DNA of 64,000 nt from Oceanispirochaeta sp. (GCA_963666275.2 CAXXOA010000001.1:1792001-1856000); one strand, 5' to 3'; shown: positions 39,051-48,992, numbered from the stretch's first letter. Program-made: numbers and translations. Notes: a model not told the origin generated them from the sequence alone.

Positions 39051-40751
39051 CTAGTCTTTCAGAGCCTCTTCCAGAATTGATAAGGAGAGTATTTCAGGCA
39101 GAAGTCTGGGATCCTCTCCTTTTTTATACAGCACATAGAGAGGAACTCCCGCTCTGTTAAAACTGTATATCCACTCCATAGCGGTTTCATTGGTCTTCGT
39201 TAAATCCGCCTTGTAGAGCTTTACATTTGCCTCCGCAAACAGCCTGTCCGCTTCCTCTGTGTATAGAACTGTTCTTTCGTTGATTTTACAGGTTGTACAC
39301 CAGCTGGCGGAAAAAGCCAGAAATACGGTATCACCATCTGCTCTGTTCCTTTCTATACTTTCAGGAGAAAATTCCTTCCAGTTTCCCCGCAGCTGCGAAT
39401 TGGTTGAAATATTATCCGGAGAATCCAGATTCCGGAAGAGGATCACTCCGGAAACGACCAGGAATGCTCCAATCAGGAGGATGAGAAGGTTCCTTGTCAC
39501 TCTTTTTCGGGCGGATACCATGATCCAGCCCCAGGCCCAGCCTGCCAGCGCCAGAATCAGCAGATACCACAGGAGGGTGATGAAACCGGTTCCGATCTGT
39601 TTTATCAGGGTCGTGCTGAGATACACCACAGTTCCCATCAGGAGGAATGCCATAAACTCCCTGAATTTATCCATCCACTTACCCGGTTTGGGAAGATAAC
39701 GGAAAAAAGAGGGGATAAAGCCGAGGATCAGAAATGGAAGAGACAGTCCCAGCCCTGTGAACAGCATTATGGCAAGAATGATACCCGCTGACTGGGAAAA
39801 GGCAAATCCCATGGCGGCCCCGAGAAAGGGTGCCGTACAGGGCGTCGCCACAAAGACGGCAAATACACCAGTAAAAAAGGATCCGGCATAGCCTTTTTTT
39901 GATGAAAGAGAAGAGGCTTTATTCAGCCCCGACGAGGGGGGAAGGAGAATAAAGACTTCGAAGAGAGAAAGAGAAAAAAGAAAAATCACGCTGATCAGAA
40001 TGATAAGGAAGTAGGGGTTCTGAAACTGAAACCCCCATCCCAGAAGCTGTCCCGATTGCTGCAGGAGGATTATGGTAAGTCCCAGTCCGGCAAAAGAAGC
40101 CAGGATTCCTCCTGTATAGAAGAGGGAGTTCAACAGGATGGATTTTTTATCACCTCCGCTCTGATTTACTAGATTCAAAGCCTTTACACTCAGCAGAGGC
40201 AGCACACAGGGCATCAGGTTCAGAAGAAAACCTCCCAGCAGTGCCAGCAGAAGGTAGTAAAAAACAGACAGATGTCCCACCGCTTTCCCTTCTACTGTGA
40301 GGGTAAAAGGAATCACCGTGGATTCGGGGAAAAAACATATCCCGTTCTCATCGCAGAGCTGGTAGAAGACATTCAGATCAAACTGATGCTCCCCCTCGTC
40401 CAGTGTATCCGCCAGGAAAAATTCAAGTTCCAGCCGGGCGGTCCTGTAGTAATTGATGATCCCGTCCTCTTCCTCGCCTTCAGGATAAAGGGTTTTACCG
40501 AATATAATGCCGGGAGCCGCAACTCCTTCGAGTTTGAAAGTTTCGGGAGTTTTCGTCTGATGGTAACCTTCGGGAAAAATGAAATCAACCTGAAGAGTCC
40601 CGGACTCACCCGGTCTGAATGAGGAGTTATCCCAGTGAATGGATATTTCCGGATCCGGAATTTTTTCGGCCCCGGGAAGTGCAATCTGAGAGAACAGAGT
40701 TCCTGCAAAAAGGAACACAAATAAGTAACCATATAGGATATGTTTAATCAT
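39051..40751 (-). CDS. dsbD: Thiol:disulfide interchange protein DsbD family
   Basis: N-terminal CDENGICF, TM domain LNLMPCVLP and ATPCTAPFLG, thioredoxin WCTTCK. Confidence 0.9.
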   Translation of the reverse strand: MIKHILYGYLFVFLFAGTLFSQIALPGAEKIPDPEISIHWDNSSFRPGESGTLQVDFIFPEGYHQTKTPETFKLEGVAAPGIIFGKTLYPEGEEEDGIINYYRTARLELEFFLADTLDEGEHQFDLNVFYQLCDENGICFFPESTVIPFTLTVEGKAVGHLSVFYYLLLALLGGFLLNLMPCVLPLLSVKALNLVNQSGGDKKSILLNSLFYTGGILASFAGLGLTIILLQQSGQLLGWGFQFQNPYFLIILISVIFLFSLSLFEVFILLPPSSGLNKASSLSSKKGYAGSFFTGVFAVFVATPCTAPFLGAAMGFAFSQSAGIILAIMLFTGLGLSLPFLILGFIPSFFRYLPKPGKWMDKFREFMAFLLMGTVVYLSTTLIKQIGTGFITLLWYLLILALAGWAWGWIMVSARKRVTRNLLILLIGAFLVVSGVILFRNLDSPDNISTNSQLRGNWKEFSPESIERNRADGDTVFLAFSASWCTTCKINERTVLYTEEADRLFAEANVKLYKADLTKTNETAMEWIYSFNRAGVPLYVLYKKGEDPRLLPEILSLSILEEALKD

Positions 40752-40850
40752 ATATAGAAATATAATGAATCTATTCTACGAAATCAATATTGACCTGTGA
40801 TGATTTGGCTGGTAAATTGATTGAAAAGTATGTTATGAAGGAAACTATTA

Positions 40851-42035
40851 ATGGCTGAAGAACTCTCATACATTATTATCACTCCCTACACAATAGCCAA
40901 ATCCCGTACAGGCGGTGTGATATCAAGACTATTGTCCAGAATCGATCTGGATCTTGTGGGGGCTCAGATTTTTGCCCCTACTCAGGAACTCGCAGAAAAA
41001 TACGCTGCCTCTTTATATAAACAGTCAGTCGTAACAAGTTCGAGGAGTGCGAACCTGTTAAGCGATTTTGTACTGAAAACCTTTACTCCCTCCGGAGGCA
41101 GAAGGCATCGTGTTATGCTTCTTCTTTTCAGAGGAGAAGACGCCTGCCGGAAACTCTCTGATATTGCCGGAGCCCTGTATCCGGAAAACAGAAGTCTCGA
41201 GTCCGTAACAGGAGAGACAATCCGTGACACCTATGCGGATCTGGTCAAGGAAGAAGGGGAGGATGGAAAGATTCTCTACTTTGAACCGGCTGTGATGACC
41301 CCCCGGAGTGAAAAAATCGCTCTGGAAAATCTTAAAATATTTGCCCCTTTTCTTAAAAATGAAGCGAATATAGTAGAGAATGTTGTTTATCCCAATCCTG
41401 ATAAAGTGGAAAGAACACTGGTTATCATCAAACCTGACAACTGGAAGTTTCCCAGTTCCCGTCCCGGTACGATCATCGATATGTTCAGCCGGACAGGATT
41501 GCGCCTCATCGGATGTAAAGTCTATCAGATGAGTGTTGCGGAAGCCCTTGAATTCTACGGACCGGTCCGGGATGCCCTGGTCAGCAAGCTGGGACCGCTC
41601 TTCGGCTCTAAAGCGAAAGTCGTTCTGGAAAAAGAATTCAGTCTTCCTCTGGATGAAGAAATCGAAGCAAAACTTCAGGAGTGTTTCGGGGTCAAGTATG
41701 CGGAAGACCAGTTCGCAAAAATTATTGAATTCATGTCCGGTGTCAGACCCGACCGCTGTCCCGAGTCTGAGTTAACGGCACCTGGTAAAGTAAAATGTAT
41801 GGTACTTATCTACGAAGGTGAGAATGCCATACAGAGGATCCGGGATGTACTGGGTCCGACGGATCCCACAAAAGCTCCCGGAGGAACAGTCAGAAGAGAA
41901 TTCGGTCATGATGTCATGGTCAATACGGCTCATGCTTCGGACTCTGTTGAAAGTGCTGAAAGAGAGATGAATGTTATCAAAATTCAGGATAACAACACCT
42001 ATAAAATTATTGATAAGTTTCTCAGTGAACGCTGA
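40851..42035 (+). CDS. ndk: Nucleoside-diphosphate kinase, long two-domain type
   Basis: ERTLVIIKPD, RDVLGPTDP..APGGTVR, NTAHASDS (catalytic His) in the C-half; NDK-like degenerate N-half. Confidence 0.85.
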   Translation: MAEELSYIIITPYTIAKSRTGGVISRLLSRIDLDLVGAQIFAPTQELAEKYAASLYKQSVVTSSRSANLLSDFVLKTFTPSGGRRHRVMLLLFRGEDACRKLSDIAGALYPENRSLESVTGETIRDTYADLVKEEGEDGKILYFEPAVMTPRSEKIALENLKIFAPFLKNEANIVENVVYPNPDKVERTLVIIKPDNWKFPSSRPGTIIDMFSRTGLRLIGCKVYQMSVAEALEFYGPVRDALVSKLGPLFGSKAKVVLEKEFSLPLDEEIEAKLQECFGVKYAEDQFAKIIEFMSGVRPDRCPESELTAPGKVKCMVLIYEGENAIQRIRDVLGPTDPTKAPGGTVRREFGHDVMVNTAHASDSVESAEREMNVIKIQDNNTYKIIDKFLSER

Positions 42036-42048
42036 GTAATCCTGTCAT

Positions 42049-42082
42049 AAAAAAAGGCTGCCTTCTGGGGCAGCCTTTTTTT
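42049..42082. terminator. Bidirectional terminator between ndk and lysC
   Basis: A7-GGCTGCC/GGCAGCC-T7. Confidence 0.85.
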
Positions 42083-42099
42083 GTTTTACACAAAGGGAA

Positions 42100-43437
42100 T
42101 CAGGATAAAAACTTATCGTGAAGTTTCTGCACTGTATCATCGATCCTGTCCATGGGAACAACAAGTGACAGATTGATGTCTGATGAGCCCAGAGAGATCA
42201 TTCTTACAGGGGTATCTTCCAGAACACTGAAGACTTTGGAGATAAACCGGGAGTCTTTCCAGAGATCCTGACCTACCAGACAAATGATCCCTTTGTGCTT
42301 TTCCACATTGACATTGGCAAAAGACGCCATCTCTTCTGTAATGAGGTCAATCTTATGATCATTCTCTATTGTAATAGAGACTGATACTTCTGATGTGGAG
42401 ATCAGATCTACAGGGGTTTCATGTTTTTCAAAGATTCTGAAAATTCTACTGAGGAAACCATAGGCATTCAGCATCTTGCAGGATGTGATATTAACAAGGG
42501 TAATATCCTTTTTGGAAGCAATGGCTTTTAAACCCTTTCCTGTCAGAGTCCCTTCAATTCTGGTTCCGCTGTGATCGGGTTCTCTCGTATTTTTAACAAG
42601 AACTGGAATGTCTTTTCCCACTGCCGGCTGAATCGTTGCGGGATGGACAACTTTGGCACCGAAATAGGCCAGTTCTCCCGCTTCGCTGTAGGTTATGGAA
42701 GAGATGGATTTCACTCCTTTGACCTTACGGGGATCTGATGTCATGATTCCATTGACATCAGTCCAGATCTGCACTTCCTCTGCAGCCAGGGCGGCTCCAA
42801 TAATGGCGGCGGAATAATCACTTCCCCCTCTGCCCAGGGTGGTTGTCACTCCGGATTCGGTGGAACTGATAAATCCCTGAGTCACAATCAGTTTTCCCGG
42901 GGCCGGTTTTACCTGTTCCCGGATTCTGCTGTTTGTCAGACTCATAAGAGGTGAGGCGGATGTAAAATTTTCATCGGTAATCATAAAGTTCCTGGCATCC
43001 AGAAACTCGGTATCAATGCCCCTCTCTTTAGCTCTAAAGGCAATTATTGTCGTAGAAAGGCGTTCTCCGAATGATAAAAGAGCATCTTTGCTTCTGGGAG
43101 AACACTCCCGGAGAAGTGAAAGGCCCTTGAGAAGTGAAATGAACTGATTCAGAAGTTCATTCAGCTGTTTTTCCGCTGCTTCCAGATTCTCGCCGCTGAG
43201 AAAGGAATAGGCTGTCTGTATATGATTATTTTTCAGAGTGTCGATATGAGTCAGACACTCGTTCAGGTTCCCCTGTTCCGCCAGGTTTGTCATTTCAACA
43301 ATAAGATCAGTTGTCTTTCCCATGGCTGATGACACAAGGACGGGAGCCCTGTCCAGCTGTTTTTCAGTAATATCAATAGCGTTATCAATCCAGTCTGCAT
43401 TCTGGACGGAAGTTCCGCCGAATTTTAGAACAATCAT
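42100..43437 (-). CDS. lysC: Aspartate kinase (LysC type, with ACT domains)
   Basis: LKFGGTSV, SFGERLS, TTLGRGGSDYSA, WTDVNG, FGAKVVHP, STSEVSVS. Confidence 0.93.
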   Translation of the reverse strand: MIVLKFGGTSVQNADWIDNAIDITEKQLDRAPVLVSSAMGKTTDLIVEMTNLAEQGNLNECLTHIDTLKNNHIQTAYSFLSGENLEAAEKQLNELLNQFISLLKGLSLLRECSPRSKDALLSFGERLSTTIIAFRAKERGIDTEFLDARNFMITDENFTSASPLMSLTNSRIREQVKPAPGKLIVTQGFISSTESGVTTTLGRGGSDYSAAIIGAALAAEEVQIWTDVNGIMTSDPRKVKGVKSISSITYSEAGELAYFGAKVVHPATIQPAVGKDIPVLVKNTREPDHSGTRIEGTLTGKGLKAIASKKDITLVNITSCKMLNAYGFLSRIFRIFEKHETPVDLISTSEVSVSITIENDHKIDLITEEMASFANVNVEKHKGIICLVGQDLWKDSRFISKVFSVLEDTPVRMISLGSSDINLSLVVPMDRIDDTVQKLHDKFLS

Positions 43438-43598
43438 ATTAGTTCCTTCTGTATATTTTGTGAAAAAATATACATTTTATGAATCTTTGTCAATGAAGGT
43501 CAAAATGTTGCTTTAATTGATTTTACTCCCGGTTTCTGCTATCTTGGACTATCATATCTTTATTCTCATTTCCCGGAGCCGGATAAAATTATACAAAG

Positions 43599-46034
43599 AT
43601 GATAAACATTGAAGAACGAATAACAGAACCAGTCCGGGAAAAAATGCGCCGGGATGTGGAAGAAGCCGGAGGATTTGAAGTCCTCTGGTCCGGAACTCTC
43701 GACGAAGAAGGGGTTATTTCTCACGTTTTTGCCGCTTCCCGGGGGCATGAATCGGCTACGCCTGCCATCAGATCCCATATGCAGGAAGGTAATGTTGTAA
43801 TTCATAATCATCCTTCGGGGATTCTCCGTCCCAGTGATGCGGATCTCTTCCAGGCGTCCCAACTGGGAAATGAGGGAATAGGTTTTTACATAGTCAACAA
43901 TGATATAAGCGAAATCTATGTTGTTGTGGAACCGGTTCCCACAGAAGTTGAAATTCCCCTCAAAGAGGATTTCGTCGAGTCTGTTCTTTCTCCTGAAGGT
44001 CCTCTGTCCCGTGAATTCGGTCAGTACGAGGAGAGACCTTCCCAGATTGCGCTGGCCCGTCTGATCAGTGAGGGCTTCAATCAGGAGAAAATTATCATTG
44101 CTGAAGCCGGGACCGGGGTAGGGAAATCCTTCGCCTACCTGATTCCTGCTCTTCTGTGGACCTATCACAACCATCAGCGTGTCGTTATATCCACAGCAAC
44201 AATTAACCTGCAGCAGCAGATTCTTGAAAAAGATCTGCCTCTGGCCCAGAAAATAACGGGCACTCAGTCGGTCAAAGCTGTTCTTGTAAAAGGCCGGGGC
44301 AACTATCTCTGTCTTAACAGGCTTCAGGAGGCCCTGGACGAGGATTCTTTATTCCGGGACGAGGATGATGAGCTGTTTCAGATAAAAAACTGGTCGGAAA
44401 CAACCAAAGACGGTTCCCTTTCAGAACTCCCTGTTCTTCCGGATAACACTCTCTGGTCCCGCGTCTGCAGTGAAACAGATACCTGTCTGGGTCCCAGATG
44501 TCATTTCTACGGAAAATGTTTTGTCATGAAAGCAAGACGGGAAGCCGCTGCCGCTGGAATTCTTATTGTAAATCACCACCTGTTTTTTGCAGATCTGTCC
44601 CTGAGAATTCATGGAATGGGTTATGAGAATGCCGCTGTTCTTCCTCCCTATCATAAGATCATCTTTGATGAAGCCCATAACATTGAAAATAGCGCCACAT
44701 CGTTTTTTTCTTCCGATTTTTCCCGGATGGGTATGCGTAAATACCTGACCCGTCTGTTCAGGCAGAAACGGGGTCGGAGTTCGGGGCTTCTCCCCCGTCT
44801 GGAGCAGATATGCCGGGCACCGGACGATTATATGTACTCTGAAAAGATCCGGGAACTTAATTCACAGCTGGAAGTTCTGGATGCTCTTTCCTTCGATTTC
44901 GGTCATCCGGAAAAAACTCTTAGAATTCGTGATACCGAAAACAGCGATTACCTGGAAAAAGTCATAAAGCCTCTGAGGCTCAGCCGGGATAAAATCCGTT
45001 CTCTTCTGGATGCTCTGATGAAATGGAACGATGCCATTGAAGATCAGGATCGGGAGAATCAGACGGTTCTTGAGTTTAAACTGCTCATAAACAGGATAAA
45101 CCAGATTGCAGGGTTCCTCGAAAATTTCTGCAGCTATAATGGAGAAGATGAGGAAAATGTCTACTGGATGGAAAAGAAAACCTACAGGGACAAACCGACA
45201 GTCAGGTTTGTGATTACACCGGTGGATATCTCTTCCTGGATGCGATCGGGAATTTATGATACCTACGGCACTGTGATTTTTACTTCCGCCACACTGACGA
45301 TGGACAGGAAATTTGATTACTGGGTGAACCGGGTGGGGATGCAGTATCTGGATTCCCAGAGGCTTATAAAAGGACAGTTCGCTTCTCCCTTTCCCTACAG
45401 GGAAAATGTTATGCTGACCCTGCCCAACGATATACCCGATCCCACATCGGAAGAATTCAGGCCGTTTTTATCCTCGGCGGTGAAGCAGCTTATTGAATTG
45501 AACGAAGGCAGAGCACTGATCCTTTTTACCTCTTATGAAATGCTGAAATTATGCTATAATACAGTGAATCAGAACTGGAGTCGAAAAGATATTCCTCTGC
45601 TGAGGCAGGGAAGTGATGAAAGAAGCCGACTTCTGAAACAGTTTACCCGGGATACAGCCAGTGTGCTGTTTGCCACAGACTCATTCTGGGAAGGGGTTGA
45701 TACTCCGGGAGAGTCTCTCCGGATGGTTGTGATCTGCCGGCTTCCCTTTCGGGTTCCCTCTGATCCGGTCTATCAGGCCCGTTTGGAACTTGTAGAAAAA
45801 AGGGGAGGAAATCCTTTCCTCGAACTGTCCCTACCCGAAGCTGTTATGAGATTCAGACAGGGATTCGGACGCCTTATGCGAAGAAAAACTGACCGGGGCG
45901 CTGTGGTTGTCCTGGATGCCAGAATACTTCGCAAGAATTATGGTTCTCTATTTCTTCGTTCTCTGCCGGAAACGGGGGTTTTAAATAAGACCTTCGAAAG
46001 AGTGCTTGAGAATTTAGAAAATTTTATATATTAA
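43599..46034 (+). CDS. DinG/YoaA family helicase with N-terminal JAB/MPN-like domain
   Basis: EAGTGVGKS, KGRGNYLC, Fe-S cysteines, FDEAH, TSATL, FWEGVD, QGFGRLMR; N-terminal E..HNHPSG..PSDAD. Confidence 0.9.
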   Translation: MINIEERITEPVREKMRRDVEEAGGFEVLWSGTLDEEGVISHVFAASRGHESATPAIRSHMQEGNVVIHNHPSGILRPSDADLFQASQLGNEGIGFYIVNNDISEIYVVVEPVPTEVEIPLKEDFVESVLSPEGPLSREFGQYEERPSQIALARLISEGFNQEKIIIAEAGTGVGKSFAYLIPALLWTYHNHQRVVISTATINLQQQILEKDLPLAQKITGTQSVKAVLVKGRGNYLCLNRLQEALDEDSLFRDEDDELFQIKNWSETTKDGSLSELPVLPDNTLWSRVCSETDTCLGPRCHFYGKCFVMKARREAAAAGILIVNHHLFFADLSLRIHGMGYENAAVLPPYHKIIFDEAHNIENSATSFFSSDFSRMGMRKYLTRLFRQKRGRSSGLLPRLEQICRAPDDYMYSEKIRELNSQLEVLDALSFDFGHPEKTLRIRDTENSDYLEKVIKPLRLSRDKIRSLLDALMKWNDAIEDQDRENQTVLEFKLLINRINQIAGFLENFCSYNGEDEENVYWMEKKTYRDKPTVRFVITPVDISSWMRSGIYDTYGTVIFTSATLTMDRKFDYWVNRVGMQYLDSQRLIKGQFASPFPYRENVMLTLPNDIPDPTSEEFRPFLSSAVKQLIELNEGRALILFTSYEMLKLCYNTVNQNWSRKDIPLLRQGSDERSRLLKQFTRDTASVLFATDSFWEGVDTPGESLRMVVICRLPFRVPSDPVYQARLELVEKRGGNPFLELSLPEAVMRFRQGFGRLMRRKTDRGAVVVLDARILRKNYGSLFLRSLPETGVLNKTFERVLENLENFIY

Positions 46035-46080
46035 TTTGATATATCTAGAAAATGAATTGAAATTCGTAAAGGAGCAGAAC

Positions 46081-47064
46081 ATGGCAAATCTGCAGACAAC
46101 TTACATGGGATTGAAACTTGCCAATCCTTTTATCGTATCCAGTTCGGGCTTAACCGACTCTGTTGAAAAAGTAAAAAAAGCCGCCGAAGCCGGGGCTGGG
46201 GCAGTTGTACTAAAATCTCTCTTTGAAGAGGATATTGTTAAAGCTGTTGAAAAAGACGCATCACTTGATACCTATTCCATTCATCCCGAGGCTTCTGAAT
46301 ACATCAATGAACTGGGAATGCTCTCGCAGCCGGACAGCTATCTGGAACTTGTAGAAAGTTCTGTGAAAGCAGTGGATATTCCGGTTATTGCCAGCTTGAA
46401 CTGCTTTACAGAAAAGTGGTGGATTGATTATGCGGTCAGAATTGAAAAGATGGGTGCTGCCGCTCTGGAACTGAACGTAGCCCTGATTCCCGTGACTGTT
46501 AAAGAGAAACCCGAAATGGTGGAAGAAACCATCTGCAATATGGTGAAAGCGGCCGTTAAAGCTGTGAAGATTCCCGTTGCCGTCAAGATCGGTTCCAATT
46601 TTTCTTCTCTTCCCGCTTTTGTTGAAAGACTGCGTAAAGCAGGTGCCTCTGCAATCGTTCTGTTCAACAGATTCTACAGACCTGATATAGACATTGATAA
46701 TATTGTGTTTAAAAACGGAAATCCCCTGTCTGACCCAGGTGAGTTCGCTCAGGTTTTGCGCTGGACGGGAATACTTTCCGATCTTGTGGAAGCAGACTTT
46801 TCCGCTTCCACCGGTATCCATGACGGAAAAACTGCCATTAAAATGATTCTTGCCGGAGCCAATACCGTACAGGTCTGTTCCATCCTCTATAAAAAGGGTG
46901 TCTCCTATATCGGTGAAATGGTGAAAGAGATGGAATCCTGGATGGATGAAAAAGGCTATCAGGAAATCTCTGACTTCTTCAGTCTTCTGAGTCTGGATGA
47001 CGATGAGAAGCACATCTACTATCAGAGACTTCAGTATGTGAAAGCACTGAAAGGATTGAAATAA
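46081..47064 (+). CDS. Dihydroorotate dehydrogenase-like flavoprotein
   Basis: LANPFIVSSSGL, AVVLKSLFEE, VLFNRFYRPD, ASTGIHD; AAGGAG SD before ATG 46081. Confidence 0.85.
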   Translation: MANLQTTYMGLKLANPFIVSSSGLTDSVEKVKKAAEAGAGAVVLKSLFEEDIVKAVEKDASLDTYSIHPEASEYINELGMLSQPDSYLELVESSVKAVDIPVIASLNCFTEKWWIDYAVRIEKMGAAALELNVALIPVTVKEKPEMVEETICNMVKAAVKAVKIPVAVKIGSNFSSLPAFVERLRKAGASAIVLFNRFYRPDIDIDNIVFKNGNPLSDPGEFAQVLRWTGILSDLVEADFSASTGIHDGKTAIKMILAGANTVQVCSILYKKGVSYIGEMVKEMESWMDEKGYQEISDFFSLLSLDDDEKHIYYQRLQYVKALKGLK

Positions 47065-47087
47065 TCTTTCCCGAACAGAAAAGATAT

Positions 47088-47125
47088 AAAAAAAACCGCC
47101 ATCTTATCGATTGGCGGTTTTTTTT
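47088..47125. terminator. Bidirectional terminator
   Basis: A8-CCGCCA/TGGCGG-T8 between convergent genes. Confidence 0.85.
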
Positions 47126-47142
47126 GTCAGATAAATATCTGA

Positions 47143-47409
47143 TTATTCTACAACAGCGATAATATCCTGCATCCTGATAATGAGATGATCCACGTCATCG
47201 ATGCTGACAGAAGTTCCGGCGTATTTATCATACATAACATTTTCACCGGGTTTTACTGTAATCATGTCTTTATCGTCACCGATAGCGACTACAGTAGCAG
47301 TCTGTGTCTTCTCCTGAGCTGTTTCAGGGATGTAGAGCCCGGAAGCCGTTTTTGTTTCTGCTTCTTTGACTTTCAGCAGAACACGATCTCCTAAAGGTTT
47401 TACTGTCAT
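47143..47409 (-). CDS. groES: Co-chaperonin GroES
   Basis: VKPLGDRVLL, KTASGLYIPETAQEK, YDKYAGT; GAGGA SD before ATG 47409. Confidence 0.95.
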   Translation of the reverse strand: MTVKPLGDRVLLKVKEAETKTASGLYIPETAQEKTQTATVVAIGDDKDMITVKPGENVMYDKYAGTSVSIDDVDHLIIRMQDIIAVVE

Positions 47410-47550
47410 ATTTTTCCTCACATAAGGTTATTTTTTTTTCTGTATGGATAATATACGTATTCGGAGGACTGTGGTCAAGAAAAAATCACCATGTATAATT
47501 AGATGAAAAAGTTTCTTTCCGATTTCTTTGAGTTTTAGTATTTTAACTGT

Positions 47551-47946
47551 ATGAAAATGGGAAAAACTATATTCAAAAATGACAGGGACCGGTGTACTTT
47601 CTATTCTGTTCAGATTGAACGGTATCTGAAAAGGAAGACCATCCATAAATTCTGCAGCGAAGCGGAAAAAGATGTGGTGAATCAGATCATTTCGGATGCC
47701 TGGGAGCACTGCTCAGGTGAAATGAAACATAAGTCTGATTATTCGGAAAAAGTTCTGTTCTGCTATTCCTGCGTTCTTGTCTTTCCCTATTTCATAGCAG
47801 AAGAAGAGACTGTGATTCCTGTGGATTTTAAAGCCGGAAAAGTGATAAATTACAGAAATAACTGTACCTGCGGCAGTGGATTGCCCTATTTTGAGTGCTG
47901 CGGGAGCGTCTCCGGCTGGGACAGTCCGGATATTGGTCCTTTTTGA
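47551..47946 (+). CDS. Hypothetical protein with C-terminal SEC-C zinc-binding motif
   Basis: RNNCTCGSGLPYFECCG. Confidence 0.7.
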   Translation: MKMGKTIFKNDRDRCTFYSVQIERYLKRKTIHKFCSEAEKDVVNQIISDAWEHCSGEMKHKSDYSEKVLFCYSCVLVFPYFIAEEETVIPVDFKAGKVINYRNNCTCGSGLPYFECCGSVSGWDSPDIGPF

Positions 47947-47973
47947 TACACAAATATTCCTGTAAAACCCATT

Positions 47974-47990
47974 TGTTTCAAAATGACACA
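47974..47990. promoter_or_regulatory. Candidate enhancer (bEBP upstream activating sequence)
   Basis: Near-palindrome TGTTTCA-AAA-TGACACA about 110 bp upstream of the -24 box, itself flanked by CTGTAAAA/TTTTACAG. Confidence 0.45.
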
Positions 47991-48098
47991 GTATGGATTT
48001 TACAGAGATTTTTCCGGCCATAGACTCCTGAATGGACTAGTTTTAGCATTTCTATACAATACAAATAATTAAATAATTTATACATTTCTTTCTGCATT

Positions 48099-48115
48099 TT
48101 GGCATGTTTCCTGCT
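48099..48115 (+). promoter_or_regulatory. Sigma54 (-24/-12) promoter
   Basis: TTGGCATGTTTCCTGCT: GG(48101-48102)-N10-GC(48113-48114), followed by AGGAGG SD and ATG 48138. Confidence 0.75.
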
Positions 48116-48137
48116 TATATACTAGCAGGAGGTCATT

Positions 48138-48992
48138 ATGGCTTACATGAACAATACACACGACGATGAAAATATACTTTCCCTTTACTTGAAAGAAATC
48201 AATAAGATTCCTCTTCTGACAAGAGAAGAAGAAGATACTATAGCAAGAAAGGCTGTCAAGGGAGACAAAGCTGCTCAGGACAGACTTGTAAAAGCTAATC
48301 TCAGATTTGTTGTTAATGTTGCAAAAAAGTATCAGAACCAGGGACTGCCCCTGGATGACCTTATCAGTGAAGGCAATATCGGCCTTATGAATGCCATAGA
48401 AAAATATGATCCTGATAAGGGATATCATTTTATATCCTATGCGGTATGGTGGATCAGACAGGCTGTTCTGAAAGCAATATATGAAAAATCAAGAATGATT
48501 CGTCTGCCCCTCAACAGAGCGAATGAACTGGTTCAGATAGAAAAAGTAAGAAAAGAGCTTTCCAAAATAAACGGAGAGGATCCTACGGCGGAGGAAATAT
48601 CTTTCCATGTCGGTGTATCCACAGAAGATGTCAGAACTCTTCTGGATATTTCCCGTGATCTTGTTTCTCTTGAAACCCCAACTTTCCGGGAAGGTGACAA
48701 CTCGGTTCTGGGTGATTTCCTGGAAGACGATAACTATAAAAGTCCTGACAATGTGGTCATGGAAACCCTTCTTCATGAGGATATCAATTCCGCCCTGGCT
48801 ACATTGGACAGTAAAGAATCCAGTATTCTGGAATATAGATTCGGACTGAACGGAAAAAAACCTCTGTCTCTGAAAGAGATCGGTGACAGATACAATCTGA
48901 CTAAAGAAAGAATCCGTCAGATTGAGAAGAAGGCGCTCCAGAGACTGCAGCATCCTTCCCGCTCCCACTACCTGGATTCCTACGTAGCCTGA
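48138..48992 (+). CDS. RpoD/RpoS-family sigma factor lacking region 1.1 (RpoS-like)
   Basis: YLKEINKIPLLT, ANLRFVVNVAKKY, DLISEGNIGL, SYAVWWIRQA, LTKERIRQIEKKAL; 284 aa. Confidence 0.9.
   Translation: MAYMNNTHDDENILSLYLKEINKIPLLTREEEDTIARKAVKGDKAAQDRLVKANLRFVVNVAKKYQNQGLPLDDLISEGNIGLMNAIEKYDPDKGYHFISYAVWWIRQAVLKAIYEKSRMIRLPLNRANELVQIEKVRKELSKINGEDPTAEEISFHVGVSTEDVRTLLDISRDLVSLETPTFREGDNSVLGDFLEDDNYKSPDNVVMETLLHEDINSALATLDSKESSILEYRFGLNGKKPLSLKEIGDRYNLTKERIRQIEKKALQRLQHPSRSHYLDSYVA

Noticed and set aside
43459..43476. Possible Rex operator TTGTGAAAAAATATACAT upstream of lysC
   Set aside because: Only one half-site matches TTGTGAA-N4-TTCACAA, and lysC is not a typical Rex target.
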